NCBI GenBank assembly: GCA_044222185.1
Contig: JBGANV010000002.1
Coordinates: 800,001-864,000 of the forward strand
Length of the DNA: 64,000 nucleotides
Source of the DNA: Planctomycetota bacterium
GTDB lineage: Bacteria; Planctomycetota; GCA-002687715; CAIWVZ01
Direction of reading: 5' to 3'
The notes beneath the pieces were generated by a model that saw nothing but the letters and a program-made list of their open reading frames with translations, did not search any database and had not been told where the DNA came from. Below are positions 27,424-38,100 of the stretch, piece by piece. How positions within the stretch are numbered: position 1 is the stretch's first letter; the number at the start of each line of letters is the position of its first letter. The position numbers and the translations under genes are program-made.

Positions 27424-28022
27424 GGCCGAGGCGCGCGTGGCTTCCGAGCGCGCGCCGTTCCGCGCCGCACGATCGGCCGCGTCGGCGAGCGCCGTGCGAC
27501 TTCGACGAAACCGCATTTCTCGAACGCAGAGACCAGCCCCGTCCAGGCGAACACGGGAGGAACCTCGCCTGACTTGGGCTCGATCGGGTAGGCCTCCACC
27601 AACTCGGCACCGTTCGACTTGGCCCATTTCACGGCGGCCTCGATGAGCTCACGCGAGACGCCCCGACCTCGCCAGTCCTTTCGAACGAAGAAGCAGGTGA
27701 TCGACCACACGGGCGCGGCGTCGACGGGCTTCAGGACGCGTGACGTCGCCAGTCGCGGAAACCTGGAGCGAGGCTCCACGGAGATCCACCCGATCGGCTC
27801 ATCCCTGAAAAACGCGACCAGACCGGGCGGCGGACCCGCTTCGACGCGACGCTTCATCAAGCGGCGGTTCCCGTCACCCTGGTTCGCGTCGTACTGGGCC
27901 CGAGTGAGTCGAGGCGTCATGCACCAGCATCCGCCGCAGGCACCTCGTGCGCCGAACAGCGTCTCGAACGCGCCCCAGATCTGCGACGTCAACGGGCGGA
28001 TGGTGAACGTGCGGCGCGGCAT
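27420..28022 (-). CDS. GNAT family N-acetyltransferase
   Basis: GACGGCWCM, WSITCFFVRKDWRGRGVS, VEAYP; GAGGAG RBS before ATG 28022. Confidence 0.88.
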   Translation of the reverse strand: MPRRTFTIRPLTSQIWGAFETLFGARGACGGCWCMTPRLTRAQYDANQGDGNRRLMKRRVEAGPPPGLVAFFRDEPIGWISVEPRSRFPRLATSRVLKPVDAAPVWSITCFFVRKDWRGRGVSRELIEAAVKWAKSNGAELVEAYPIEPKSGEVPPVFAWTGLVSAFEKCGFVEVARRSPTRPIVRRGTARARKPRAPRP

Positions 28023-28060
28023 CTGGGGCTCCTCTTTCTCTGGCTGAGCGCGTCGGATGA

Positions 28061-28088
28061 TTGACAGGCCGCGCGGCAAGACTACTGT
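28061..28088 (+). promoter_or_regulatory. Putative sigma70 promoter
   Basis: TTGACA-N16-TACTGT upstream of the 28175 gene. Confidence 0.5.
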
Positions 28089-28174
28089 GGCCGGTCCTGC
28101 CGATCATCGCGGGCGCCAGCATGGTGGCGCCTCATTGGGAACTGCCTGACCTTACAGACAACGAGGAGAGTCGC

Positions 28175-29644
28175 ATGAAATTGATCCATCGCCGGATCAT
28201 CGCCGTGTCGATCCTGTCAGCGTTCGTATGCGGTGCGCAGCAACCTACCAATCACATCTGGGCGACGAACTTCAGCGGATCCACGAAATCGGTCACTCGT
28301 CTGAACCTCGTCGGTTCTCAGGACAACACGTTCACGTTTGCGGGCACGTTCACCCCGTTTGGCCTCGCGGTCGACCCCACGGGCAACCTGTGGGTCGGGA
28401 GCAACGGGAACTCCGTGTCGAAGGTCGACACCTCCGGCGTCACCGTCGGGACGTTCGTCGTGGGATCGTTCCCGCAGAGCGTCGCCACCGACTCTCAAGG
28501 CAACGTGTTCGTGGCCAACCGCAGCAGCAACTCGGTGACGAAGCTGAACAACTCGGGTGTGGTCCAGGGGACGACGCCACTCGGCGCCGGCGTATCGCCG
28601 ATCGGCATCATCGTCGACCAGTTGGACACGGCGTGGGTGAGCGGCTTCCACGCCAGCACGTCGACGGTTCACCAGCTCTTCCACCTCGACAACGCGGGCG
28701 TCGTCACGAACACGTTCTCGTACACGTCGACCGCGGCAGGGTTCGGATTCTCGTTCCCCACGGTCGACGCGAACGGTGACGTCTGGGTCGCCAACCAGGC
28801 GCGCCTGTCAGTCATGCAGATCGACTCGGCCGGGACCGTCCTGAGCGAGACGCCGCTTTCGCCGGGGCTTCCCCGTGGCTGTGAAGTCGACGGTCTGGGC
28901 TTCTGCTGGGTCGCATCGCAGGGGACGGGCGGCCGGTGTTTCAAGGTCGATCAGTCGGGCGTCGTCGTCGCGACGTACACGGCCCCTTCCGGCACGTCCT
29001 TCACGACCGTGTCGATCGACGCCAACGGCGACCCGTGGGTCTTCGGCTTCAGCTCCGGCTCGGCGACCAAGCTCTGGCAGGTCGACGCGACCGTGCTCGC
29101 AACGACCGCGCTTCCCACGGGCGGCTCGGCCTGGGGCGGTGACTCGGGCAGCTACCACCTCTGCAGGGATCTGTCGCCTTCGGGGGACTTCGACGGCGAC
29201 AGCTTCGCGAACGGCGACGAGGTGGCGAACGGAACCAACCCGCTCGACGCGCGCTCCACGCCGGTGGCGCCGACTCCGATCCAGTCCGGCGTCGCGCATC
29301 CGGGCTCGACGGTGAACATCACGATGCGCCTGCGGCCGGACGCCAATCTCCCGTACATCATGGCGGCATCCGGCGGAGATTCTCCCGGCATCCCGCTCGG
29401 CGACAGCCGCATCGTCCCGTTGAACTTCGACGCGCTGTTCCTGATCTCGTTGCAGCCGAACCCGTTCTTCTCGGGCTTCGTCGGTGCGCTCGATGCCAAC
29501 GGGGACGCGAAGGCGCAGGCGTTCATCCCGGCCGACCCGGGCCTCGTCGGACTCTCGTTCGCCGTCGCGTTCGTCACGCTGAATCCGAGCGCCTCGCTCG
29601 GAATCCAGACGGTGAGCAACTCGACGATCATCAACATCCTATGA
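28175..29644 (+). CDS. Secreted NHL/Vgb-like beta-propeller protein with Ca-binding motif and shared C-terminal domain
   Basis: GAGGAG RBS; ...FVCGA|Q; repeats PFGLAVDPTGNLWV, PQSVATDSQGNVFVAN; DFDGDSFANGDEVANGTNP; ends IPADPGLVGLSF...SNSTIINIL. Confidence 0.85.
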   Translation: MKLIHRRIIAVSILSAFVCGAQQPTNHIWATNFSGSTKSVTRLNLVGSQDNTFTFAGTFTPFGLAVDPTGNLWVGSNGNSVSKVDTSGVTVGTFVVGSFPQSVATDSQGNVFVANRSSNSVTKLNNSGVVQGTTPLGAGVSPIGIIVDQLDTAWVSGFHASTSTVHQLFHLDNAGVVTNTFSYTSTAAGFGFSFPTVDANGDVWVANQARLSVMQIDSAGTVLSETPLSPGLPRGCEVDGLGFCWVASQGTGGRCFKVDQSGVVVATYTAPSGTSFTTVSIDANGDPWVFGFSSGSATKLWQVDATVLATTALPTGGSAWGGDSGSYHLCRDLSPSGDFDGDSFANGDEVANGTNPLDARSTPVAPTPIQSGVAHPGSTVNITMRLRPDANLPYIMAASGGDSPGIPLGDSRIVPLNFDALFLISLQPNPFFSGFVGALDANGDAKAQAFIPADPGLVGLSFAVAFVTLNPSASLGIQTVSNSTIINIL

Positions 29645-30645
29645 GCGAATCGGGATGCCGCCGCATCGCGGCGATCCTCCTCGCGGCCGTCACTCTGGGC
29701 GGCTGCGGCGATGACGCCGCCTCCCGGGCCCGGATCCTCGATCTGGAAGCCCGACTCGCGAAAGCCGAGGGCGAACTGGCGGAGCGGCGGCGTTTCGACG
29801 ATTGGCTCGACCAGTCGTTGAAGCAGCGAGGTATCGACGTGCCGCGAACCGCGGCGCCGCCGGCGCCTACCGGCGCCGATACCGTGGATGTGGATCTCGC
29901 TGCGCTCACCGCCGCGCACCTCGCCGTGCTCACGGCCACGGAAGCGAGGAACGAGGCCGACTACAACCGGGCGCGATCCGAGGAGACCGCTCGGATCGCG
30001 GCGCTGCGACGGCAGGCACCACGCGCGGTCCCTGCGATCCTCCGCGCACTCGCGCTGAACGAGAAGCAGGGGAGCGTGAACGAGGCGGCGTACTACTTGA
30101 GCGTCGCCGTCGCCGTCGATGCGAAGGCGATGAACGCGCAACTCGAGGGTATTCTCGTCGATCCGGCACGACCTTCCGGCCTGCGTGCGGAGGCGGGGCG
30201 AGCACTCATCGAGCACGACCGTCCGCGCGCGATCACTCTCGTCTCCAAACTCCTGGGTCCAGGGGGCGGCGCGTTTCCCGAGCTGTTCATCGTCGTGCAC
30301 GAACTGGGACAGACGCGCGACCCGGCGACTCTGCCCGTGCTCGTTCAGGCGCTGCGAGAGAGCGCGGACCGCTCGACGCGTTGTCATGCGGCGACGGCAC
30401 TCGGGCTCCAGCCCGGCGATGCGAGCTTCCGCGCGCTGACGCAGGCGGCCCGCTCCGACGAGTACCCCGCGGTGCGAATCAACGCCTTGAGGGCGCTCAC
30501 TCACGCCGCGTCGGATGCGGCGGCCGTGCGCGCCGTGGCCCAGGAGATCCTCGCCTCCGACGCATCGAAAGAGGTCAAGGCCGTCGCCCAAGAGGTCGCA
30601 AACCAGCCGGGTGGACCACAGCGACCGGCCGAATCACGCCGGTGA
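29641..30645 (+). CDS. HEAT-repeat lipoprotein
   Basis: Lipobox LGGC; coiled coil; HEAT motifs TRCHAATALG, AVRINALRAL; ATGA overlap. Confidence 0.78.
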   Translation: MSESGCRRIAAILLAAVTLGGCGDDAASRARILDLEARLAKAEGELAERRRFDDWLDQSLKQRGIDVPRTAAPPAPTGADTVDVDLAALTAAHLAVLTATEARNEADYNRARSEETARIAALRRQAPRAVPAILRALALNEKQGSVNEAAYYLSVAVAVDAKAMNAQLEGILVDPARPSGLRAEAGRALIEHDRPRAITLVSKLLGPGGGAFPELFIVVHELGQTRDPATLPVLVQALRESADRSTRCHAATALGLQPGDASFRALTQAARSDEYPAVRINALRALTHAASDAAAVRAVAQEILASDASKEVKAVAQEVANQPGGPQRPAESRR

Positions 30646-30661
30646 TCGGCACCACGCGCGC

Positions 30662-32755
30662 ATGAAATCGGGCGAATCTTCGTGGCAGACGTGGCGCCTC
30701 GTCGGGGCGCTCGCACTTCTCGTCGCCGCGGTCATCGCCCAAGGGGAGTCGGGCCTCGCCTCGTTTCGAGTGGTGGACGAGGCCGGCAAGCCCGTCGCCG
30801 GCGTGCGCGTTCGGGCCCGACTGCCGCTCGAGGTCGCGTACTCGGACCTCGACCGCAAGAGTTTCGACGGGAAGAGCGACGCCAACGGCGAGGTGGTCAT
30901 CGAAGGGCTCCCGGTGGGTCGCCCAGTCATCGCCGAGATCAACGCCCCCAAGATGATCGGTGCTCAAAGTGTCGTCACGATCGCGCGACGCAAGGCCGGC
31001 GTCGATGCGACCTCACCCGAGCCGGTCATCATGCTCACGCCGGGTCGGTCGGTGCGCGTTCGCGTGACGGCGGTCGATGGTCGGCCGATCGGCGGCGCCG
31101 AGATCCGACTGCTCCCGCTCCTCGAGAGTCGGCTCGATCCCCGCGGACACGTGGACCGCGACGCGACGTCCGGCTCGACGCGAGTCGTCCTCGCGGACAC
31201 ATCCGGCGTGGCGGTGATCGACAAGCTCCCGGCCGGGCCCATCACGTGCGAAGTTCGCGCCGAGGGCTTCGACTCGCAACTGGACGTGATCGAGCCGCAG
31301 GCATCACCCGCAACCGTCGACTTCCGCCTCGCGCGCGATCCGTCACCACCGCCCGCGACGATGCCGTGGCTCGGCTCCATCGGGACGGCGCTCGAGACGG
31401 CGAAGAAGGGAACGCTCCCGGTCCTCGTCGCCATGACGATGGATGGCGAACGTGCCAACGACTCGCTGCCGGTCTTCCACTACCGCGACCGCGAGGTGAC
31501 GCGGGTGGCTCGCAGATTCCCGATGCTCTTGTCGTCCGCGTTCGGCAACGGGGGAGTGCATGCCCCGGGTGTGGACCACGCCCAGCAGAACGGCCTCTGC
31601 GCGCGCTACGGCTCCGTCGATTGCCACGCGCATCAGGCGATCGAGCGGTGGGCACGCGCCCGGTTCATCGACCCGAATGAACCGTTCGAGGTGCCGCGCC
31701 ACATCATCCTCGGGCCCGAGGGCGAGGTCCTGATTCATCGGGTGTACTACCTGGCGGAGCGCGATCTCCTGCGTCTGCTCGTGCGCGGCCTCCGGCTCGT
31801 CAATCCGAGGATCGCTGCCGACCTGGCGCGGGCGCGGCTCGCGCCCATCGTGACGGATCTCCAGGCCGCCGATGGGACGTGTCGTGCCCGGGGAATGGAT
31901 GCTCTCGCCCTCCTCGTGAACTCGGGCGACGAGCATGCGGTCGCGCTGCTCGCGGACCTCGTTCCGGCCAAGGTTCCCGCGCCCGACAGATTGATGATCG
32001 TCAATCGGATCTTCGTCGATGCGATCGAGTTCACCACGAGTGCCATCTCCGGGTTGCTGCAGGACCCCGACGCGTCCGTTCGGCGGCGACTCCTTCAACG
32101 GATCGCCGCGTCCTCCAAGGCGTCGGAATTGCTCGAGCCGGCGCTCTCGGCCTTGCGCGACGGCGACGCTGGTGTGCGTGCCGCGGCGCTGGAGGCTCTC
32201 GGCGTCGAGGCGCGTGACGGACTCCTCGTCGTCGGCGCCGCGGATGCGGGACGGCGCTGGCGCATCTTCGAGGAACTCCTGCGAGCGGAGGCGGCCGACC
32301 ACCTGTCCGGGCTGACGGAGGCGCTTCGTTCCGGTGACGACGAGGGCCGCAACCGTCTCTTGCGTGCGATCGCCGCCAAGGTCGCCACGGATGGCGGCGC
32401 CGCGCGCGTCCTGCTGACTCGGGCCGGGGACGCGGATCCGGGCGCCGTGTATGCGCTGCGCCTCGCCTCCCGATCCTCGCTGCCCGCGACGGCCGTACGT
32501 GACGTCGTCCTGCGACAAGCGGGTTCTCCGTGCGAACTCGTCGCGCAAGAAGCCATGCGAATCCTCGGGGCGCGGGAGAGCGGAGTGGACGCGGAAGTGC
32601 TGGAGCGCGGCCTTCGGCATCCCTCCAAGGCCGTGAACGTCGAGGCAGCATTGGGACTTGCGAGGCGCGGACGCAGCGACGTGAGATCCCTGCTGCAACG
32701 CGAGGCGCGGGACCCTGAGTTCGCCGAAGCGATCCGCGCGGTCCTCGGGAACTGA
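30662..32755 (+). CDS. Exported protein: carboxypeptidase-regulatory-like, thioredoxin-like and HEAT-repeat domains
   Basis: ...AAVIA|Q; VVDEAGKPVAGVRV; PWLGSIGTALETAKKGTLPVLVAM...VPRHIILGPEG; DPDASVRR, DGDAGVRAAALEAL. Confidence 0.75.
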   Translation: MKSGESSWQTWRLVGALALLVAAVIAQGESGLASFRVVDEAGKPVAGVRVRARLPLEVAYSDLDRKSFDGKSDANGEVVIEGLPVGRPVIAEINAPKMIGAQSVVTIARRKAGVDATSPEPVIMLTPGRSVRVRVTAVDGRPIGGAEIRLLPLLESRLDPRGHVDRDATSGSTRVVLADTSGVAVIDKLPAGPITCEVRAEGFDSQLDVIEPQASPATVDFRLARDPSPPPATMPWLGSIGTALETAKKGTLPVLVAMTMDGERANDSLPVFHYRDREVTRVARRFPMLLSSAFGNGGVHAPGVDHAQQNGLCARYGSVDCHAHQAIERWARARFIDPNEPFEVPRHIILGPEGEVLIHRVYYLAERDLLRLLVRGLRLVNPRIAADLARARLAPIVTDLQAADGTCRARGMDALALLVNSGDEHAVALLADLVPAKVPAPDRLMIVNRIFVDAIEFTTSAISGLLQDPDASVRRRLLQRIAASSKASELLEPALSALRDGDAGVRAAALEALGVEARDGLLVVGAADAGRRWRIFEELLRAEAADHLSGLTEALRSGDDEGRNRLLRAIAAKVATDGGAARVLLTRAGDADPGAVYALRLASRSSLPATAVRDVVLRQAGSPCELVAQEAMRILGARESGVDAEVLERGLRHPSKAVNVEAALGLARRGRSDVRSLLQREARDPEFAEAIRAVLGN

Positions 32756-32888
32756 ACGCGACTGCATCGCACCGCTACGTACGGTGCGGGATCTCCGCCA
32801 GTGTGCGTAGGGCCGCCCGGGAATGCCGAACCTATCTTGGCGACACCGTTCGCCGGCTCGCCGTCGAACGCGCGCAAAGGAGCAAGTC

Positions 32889-33497
32889 ATGGGTCCGACC
32901 GACGTCCTTTCCGGCGAACATCGCGTGATCGAACAGGTCCTGGGCTGTCTGCAGACGATGATCGACCGGGCGTGCAGCGGTCAGAAGCTCGACGTGGCAT
33001 CTGCGCGCGACGCCATCGCCTTCTTCCGCACGTTCGCGGACGCCTGTCACCACGCGAAGGAAGAGAATCAGCTCTTCAAAGCGCTCGAAAAGCGAGGCTT
33101 CAGCCCCCATTTCGGGCCCGTCGCGGTGATGCTCCAAGAACACGACCAGGGGCGCGCGGCGATCAAGGACATGGTCGATGCTCTCGATCGGCTGGATGCC
33201 GGCCAGCCCGGTGCCGCCGACATCTTCGTCCTCGCTGCGCGCGAGTACATCGAGCTCCTGACTCAGCACATCAGCAAGGAGGACCAGATCCTCTTCCCCA
33301 TGGCGGCCGGCGTGCTGAGCGCCGCCGAGCAGTCGGAAGTCCTCGCGGCTTTCGAGCGCGCGGAACACGACGAGCTCGGTCCCGGCACTCACGAGAAGTT
33401 CCTCGCCATCGCCGACGCCCTCGGAGCCAAGTACGACGTGAGGCGCAAGGAGAGCTGCAACCCCAAGCAGTCGGGGTGCTGCGCGCATCATCACTGA
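32889..33497 (+). CDS. Hemerythrin (HHE) domain protein
   Basis: EHRVIE, HHAKEE, EHDQGR, HISKEDQILFP; AAGGAG RBS. Confidence 0.88.
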   Translation: MGPTDVLSGEHRVIEQVLGCLQTMIDRACSGQKLDVASARDAIAFFRTFADACHHAKEENQLFKALEKRGFSPHFGPVAVMLQEHDQGRAAIKDMVDALDRLDAGQPGAADIFVLAAREYIELLTQHISKEDQILFPMAAGVLSAAEQSEVLAAFERAEHDELGPGTHEKFLAIADALGAKYDVRRKESCNPKQSGCCAHHH

Positions 33498-33632
33498 GGT
33501 CGTCGGGTCGTGGGCGTCACGCGGTCGTCCGTGGTGCCGGAATGCCGCACCGCTTCGTGCCTCGAGCTCGAGTTCGATCGCGGTGCTGGCGCATGTCGCG
33601 AGCGCGCCGGACTCTCCGATCGTCCGGTCACA

Positions 33633-35129
33633 TCACTTCGGCCGTGACTCCGCTTCGCGCAACAGCTCTTGGGCGAAGCGGATCGGGACGCCGAAGTTGG
33701 ATCCTCCGAAGTCTCGCAGGATGGCGAAGTTCACGCCGACGACCGTTCCATCGGTGCCGAAGACCGGTCCGCCCGAGCCTCCCGACGTCGTGCCGGCGTC
33801 GTAGACGAGCTGTTTCTCCAACACCGCGTTCAAGGCGCCCTGGGTCGCGACGGGGGTGATGGCGTTCCTCCGCGCGAGATCGTGAATCATGGAGGTGAGG
33901 TCCTTCGCCGCCGCCATGACCTCCTTGGTGACCGTGGGGTCGGTCTTGGCCAGGAGGGCCGTGACGCCCGTGGGGTAGCCAAGGAGGATCACGCGCTGCC
34001 CGCGCAAGCCGCGCGGGTCCGCATCCGAGAGCGGGAGGACTGGCACGTCCTTGACGTCCGAGCGGATCACGGCGACGTCGATTTCGTCCTGGCGAAGGTG
34101 GATCGTCTTCGGATCGATCTCCGCGGGCGCCTTGCCGGGAAAGCAGATCTCGAGGCGAAGGAACACAGGCTCGAAGCCGACGCGTCGCGCGAGTTCGGCG
34201 TTGGAGTTCTCCCACCACGGTTGCACGACGTGGCGGTTCGTGACGACCCATCCCGAGTCCGAAACGAGGAACGCGCTTCCGACGTACTCGATCTCCACGC
34301 GTTCGCCGGCAGCGTCCTTGAAGAACTCTCCGCCCTTCTCCGCGGGCTGCTGGAAGGAGAACACGCCGTGAACGAACCCCACGCCGTTGGAGTATTCATC
34401 GAGGACGCGGGTCAGCGCCTGGTGACTCGCAACCAGCGAGTCGACGACCAGCGCACGGCGCGCGAACTCCGCGCGTAGCTTCTCGACGTCGGCGCGGGAT
34501 GAGGTCGTCAGCTGTGACTGCCGCCGCTCGTACTCAGCGAGTTGCTCGCGCAGCTTCAGAACCTCGGCCGCGTGCGTGACCTCCTGGTCGTGGAGGAGCT
34601 CCTCGAACTTCGAAAGCGGACGCCGGCCGCCGATCCGGCCGCCGGCGTACGCGATGGCGAATACGAGCAAGAGGACGAGGACGGGGACTCCCACCTTCAG
34701 TTGCCACGTGGCCCGCGTCAGCAAGTCGGCGATCAACCCGCGCGTCGCCGCGCGGATCCCGCTGTGACGGTGGACGAGTTGGGCGTCGTCGAGCATCTGG
34801 CGTACGGGTTTGCAGACGCTGCCGGGGCGTGAGTGAATGCGGAAGCGCGCCTGTGGCCCGTCCGTGCCGAGCTCGATGATGTCCTCCGGATTGAGGATGA
34901 CCTCTTCGATTTCCTTGCCGTTCACGAAGACGTCGCCCTCGAGGCGCCGCAGGTGGAATCGACACCCGTCTCGAAACACGCGCAGCTCGGCATGGCGTGC
35001 GGCGATCGGAGTCCCAACCGGGTAACGGACGTCGGCCGAGGCGTCGCTCCCCATGAGCAGGACGTCCCGATCATAGGTCACCGTGTCGCCGCGGAACGGA
35101 CCAGAAAGGTGAAGGAGCTGCGCTTTCAC
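33633..35129 (-). CDS. FHA-like domain, TM, coiled coil and trypsin-like serine protease
   Basis: ARHAEL...VFVNG...EDIIELG; TM; TNRHVV, DVAVI, GGSGGP intact triad. Confidence 0.85.
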   Translation of the reverse strand: MKAQLLHLSGPFRGDTVTYDRDVLLMGSDASADVRYPVGTPIAARHAELRVFRDGCRFHLRRLEGDVFVNGKEIEEVILNPEDIIELGTDGPQARFRIHSRPGSVCKPVRQMLDDAQLVHRHSGIRAATRGLIADLLTRATWQLKVGVPVLVLLLVFAIAYAGGRIGGRRPLSKFEELLHDQEVTHAAEVLKLREQLAEYERRQSQLTTSSRADVEKLRAEFARRALVVDSLVASHQALTRVLDEYSNGVGFVHGVFSFQQPAEKGGEFFKDAAGERVEIEYVGSAFLVSDSGWVVTNRHVVQPWWENSNAELARRVGFEPVFLRLEICFPGKAPAEIDPKTIHLRQDEIDVAVIRSDVKDVPVLPLSDADPRGLRGQRVILLGYPTGVTALLAKTDPTVTKEVMAAAKDLTSMIHDLARRNAITPVATQGALNAVLEKQLVYDAGTTSGGSGGPVFGTDGTVVGVNFAILRDFGGSNFGVPIRFAQELLREAESRPK

Positions 35130-35135
35130 GCGGGG

Positions 35136-35141
35136 ATCATA
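35136..35141 (-). promoter_or_regulatory. Putative -10 element (TATGAT) of a leaderless transcript
   Basis: TATGAT ends 6 nt before GTG 35129; no SD. Confidence 0.45.
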
Positions 35142-35165
35142 CTCGTCGCTGCGCGCTCGACCGCG

Positions 35166-38100
35166 TCAACCGTTCGATTCGGCGGCGTGAGCGGGCGCGC
35201 GGTCGCGGAAGCGCTTGGGCCGGAGGTCGTCGAAGAACGAGTAGGCGACCGGTGTGACGAGCAACGTGAGCAGGAGCGAGAACGTCTGCCCGCCGATGAC
35301 GACCACGGCGACGGCGCGCCGTTCCTCCGCCCCGGGCCCGGCGCCGAACGCCAACGGCAGCATGCCTGCGACGAGGGCGAAGGTCGTCATGAGGATGGGA
35401 CGCAGCCGATCCCGGTTGGCCTGGATGATGGCGTCGAAACGGCTCATGCCGCGGCTGCGGAGCGCGTTCATGTGATCGATCTGGAGGATGGCGTTCTTCT
35501 TCACGACGCCGAAGAGGACGAGGATCCCGAGCGCGGAGTAGAGGTTGAGCGTCCCGGAGACGAGGTGGAGCGAGAGCAGCGCGAACGGGATCGACAACGG
35601 CAGCGAGAGCAGGATCGTGAACGGATGGATGACGCTCTCGAACTGTGAGGCGAGGATCAGATACATGAAGACGACGGAGAGGATGAACGCCCAGATGAAC
35701 TCCTTCGAGGTGCGCTCGAGCTCGCGGCTGCGGCCCGAGACCGTCGTGGAATAGGCCGCCGGCAAGTTCATGTCGCGGACGATCCCGCGAAGGACGGCGA
35801 TCCGGTCGCCGAGCGCAAAGCCCTGCGCGACCCCTCCGCGGACGGACACCATTCGCTGTCGGTCCATGCGGTCGACTCGCGACGCGCTCTTGATCGGGGA
35901 GAGCCGCGCGATGTTGCCCACCTCGACGAGTGTTCCGCCCTTCCCCGGCAGATAGAGGTTTTCGACGATGTCCGGCCGATCGCGATCCTTGGAGAGGAGC
36001 CGCAGCTCGACGTCGTAGTCCTCGTTGGCCGCCGGGTCGCGGAAACGCGAAACCTCGTCGTCGCCGCCGACCATGATGCGCAACGCCGTTCCGATGTCGC
36101 GCGCATCGACTCCGAGGTCCGCAGCGCGCTCTCGGTCGATCTCCACCTTGACTTCGGGTTTGTTCACGCGCAGCGAGGTGTCGAGTCCGCGAAAGCCGCC
36201 GATCTCCAGCGCGCGCTTGCGGAGTTCCTCGCCGTAGGAGTTCAGCGCGCTCAGCTCGGGACCGCGCACGACGAAGTCGATGTCGAACGGGCCCCCGCCG
36301 AGGTTGATGGCCTGGAACGCGCGGATCTGGCAACGCAGGTCCTTCATCGTGCGGAGACGTCGGTCGAGCTCCGTCATGACGTCGGTTTGCGAATAGTTTC
36401 CCTCGAACGCCTTCGCGGGAGTGCCCTTGACGAGCTCCCGCCACATGCGATCGAGCGACAGGACGCGCTCCTCGTGGGGCGCGATGCGAACGTAGATCGT
36501 CCCCGTGTTGACGAGACCCAGGAACCCGCCGCCCGTCGTGCCCTGGACGAACTTCACGCCGCGCGTCTGGCGGATCATGGACTCGATGGACCGCATGGCG
36601 TCATCCATCGCGGGCAGGCTCGTCCCCTCGGGTCCGTTCACCTGGATCGTGAATTCGGCTTCGTCGACGTCTGACGGGACGAACTCCTGCTTCACCAGGT
36701 CGAACAGCGGGACCGAGCACGCGATCACCGCGATCGCGAACAGTCCAGTGAGCACGCGGAACCGGAGCGACACGCGGAGCATCCACTCGTAGGACTTGTC
36801 GATCCAGTGGTAGAAACCGCGCCGCGACGACGCCAACCCGCCCGGATGCATGGTGTCACCCGTCCTCAGGAGGCGCGCCGACATCATGGGCGTGAGCGTG
36901 AACGACACGAGAAGGCTGACGAGCACGGAGACGGCCGCCGTGATCCCGAACTGATAGAGGAATCGCCCCGAGACGCTCGACATGAACGACACGGGGACGA
37001 AGATCACGACGAGGCTCAACGTCGTCGCGAGGACGGCGAGGCCGATCTCCCGGGTCGCCTCCTTCGCCGCCTGCATGGGCGGCATGCGCTTCTCCTCGAT
37101 GAACCGGAAGATGTTCTCGAGGACGACGATGGCGTCGTCGATCACGACTCCCACCATGAGCACGAGTGCGAGCATGGTCACGCTGTTCAGCGTGAACTTG
37201 AGCGCCCACATCATCCCGAAGGTGGCGATGACGGACGTGGGAATCGCGATGGCGGCGATGAACGTCGCCCGCAGGTTGCGCATGAATGCCAGGACGACGA
37301 GGCTCGCGAGGATGCTGCCGAGCACGAGGTGCAGGCGGATCTCACCGAGCGCGTTGTAGATGTACTGGGACTGGTCCCGGATGATCTCGACGTGCACGTC
37401 GGAGGGAAGCTGGGCCTTCAGCGCTTCGAGCTTCGCCTTGCAGCCTTCGATCACCTCGACGGTGTTTGCGCCCGTCTGGCGTTGAATCTCGACGGTCACG
37501 GTCGGCACTCCGTCGAGCCGTGCGATCGAGCGCTGCTCCTTGGTGCCGTCCTCCACCGTGCCGATGTCGCGGATGCGGATCGGCACGCCGTCGATGGTCG
37601 AGATGACGACGTCTTCGAACTCTCTTGCCGACGTGAGCTTCCCCTGCGTGCGGAGGCTCTGCTCGCGGACCATTCCCGTCACGTTGCCGCCGGGAACCTC
37701 GGTGTTCTGGCGCTGGATCGCGTCGCGCACCGCCGTGATCGGCAGCTGGTACGCGACCAGCTTGTCGGAATCGACGCTGACCGTGATGGCGCGCTCGAGC
37801 CCGCCGCTGATGCGCACTTCGCCCACGCCGGTGGATCGCTCGAGTTGGATCTTGAGCACCTTGTCGGCGAGCTCGGTGAGCTCGCGGACGGATCGTGAGC
37901 CTGCGAGCGCGACGGTCAGCACGGGATCGCTGTCGTTGTTCACCTTGGCGATGACCGGCGGCCGCGCCTCCACGGGCAGGTCCCGAACGACGGTCGCCAC
38001 GCGATCGCGGACGTCCTGAGCGGCGACGTCGATGTTTCGCCCGAGGCCGAAGGTCACGAGGATGATCGAGCTGCCCGGCACGGAGATGGACCGCAACTGG

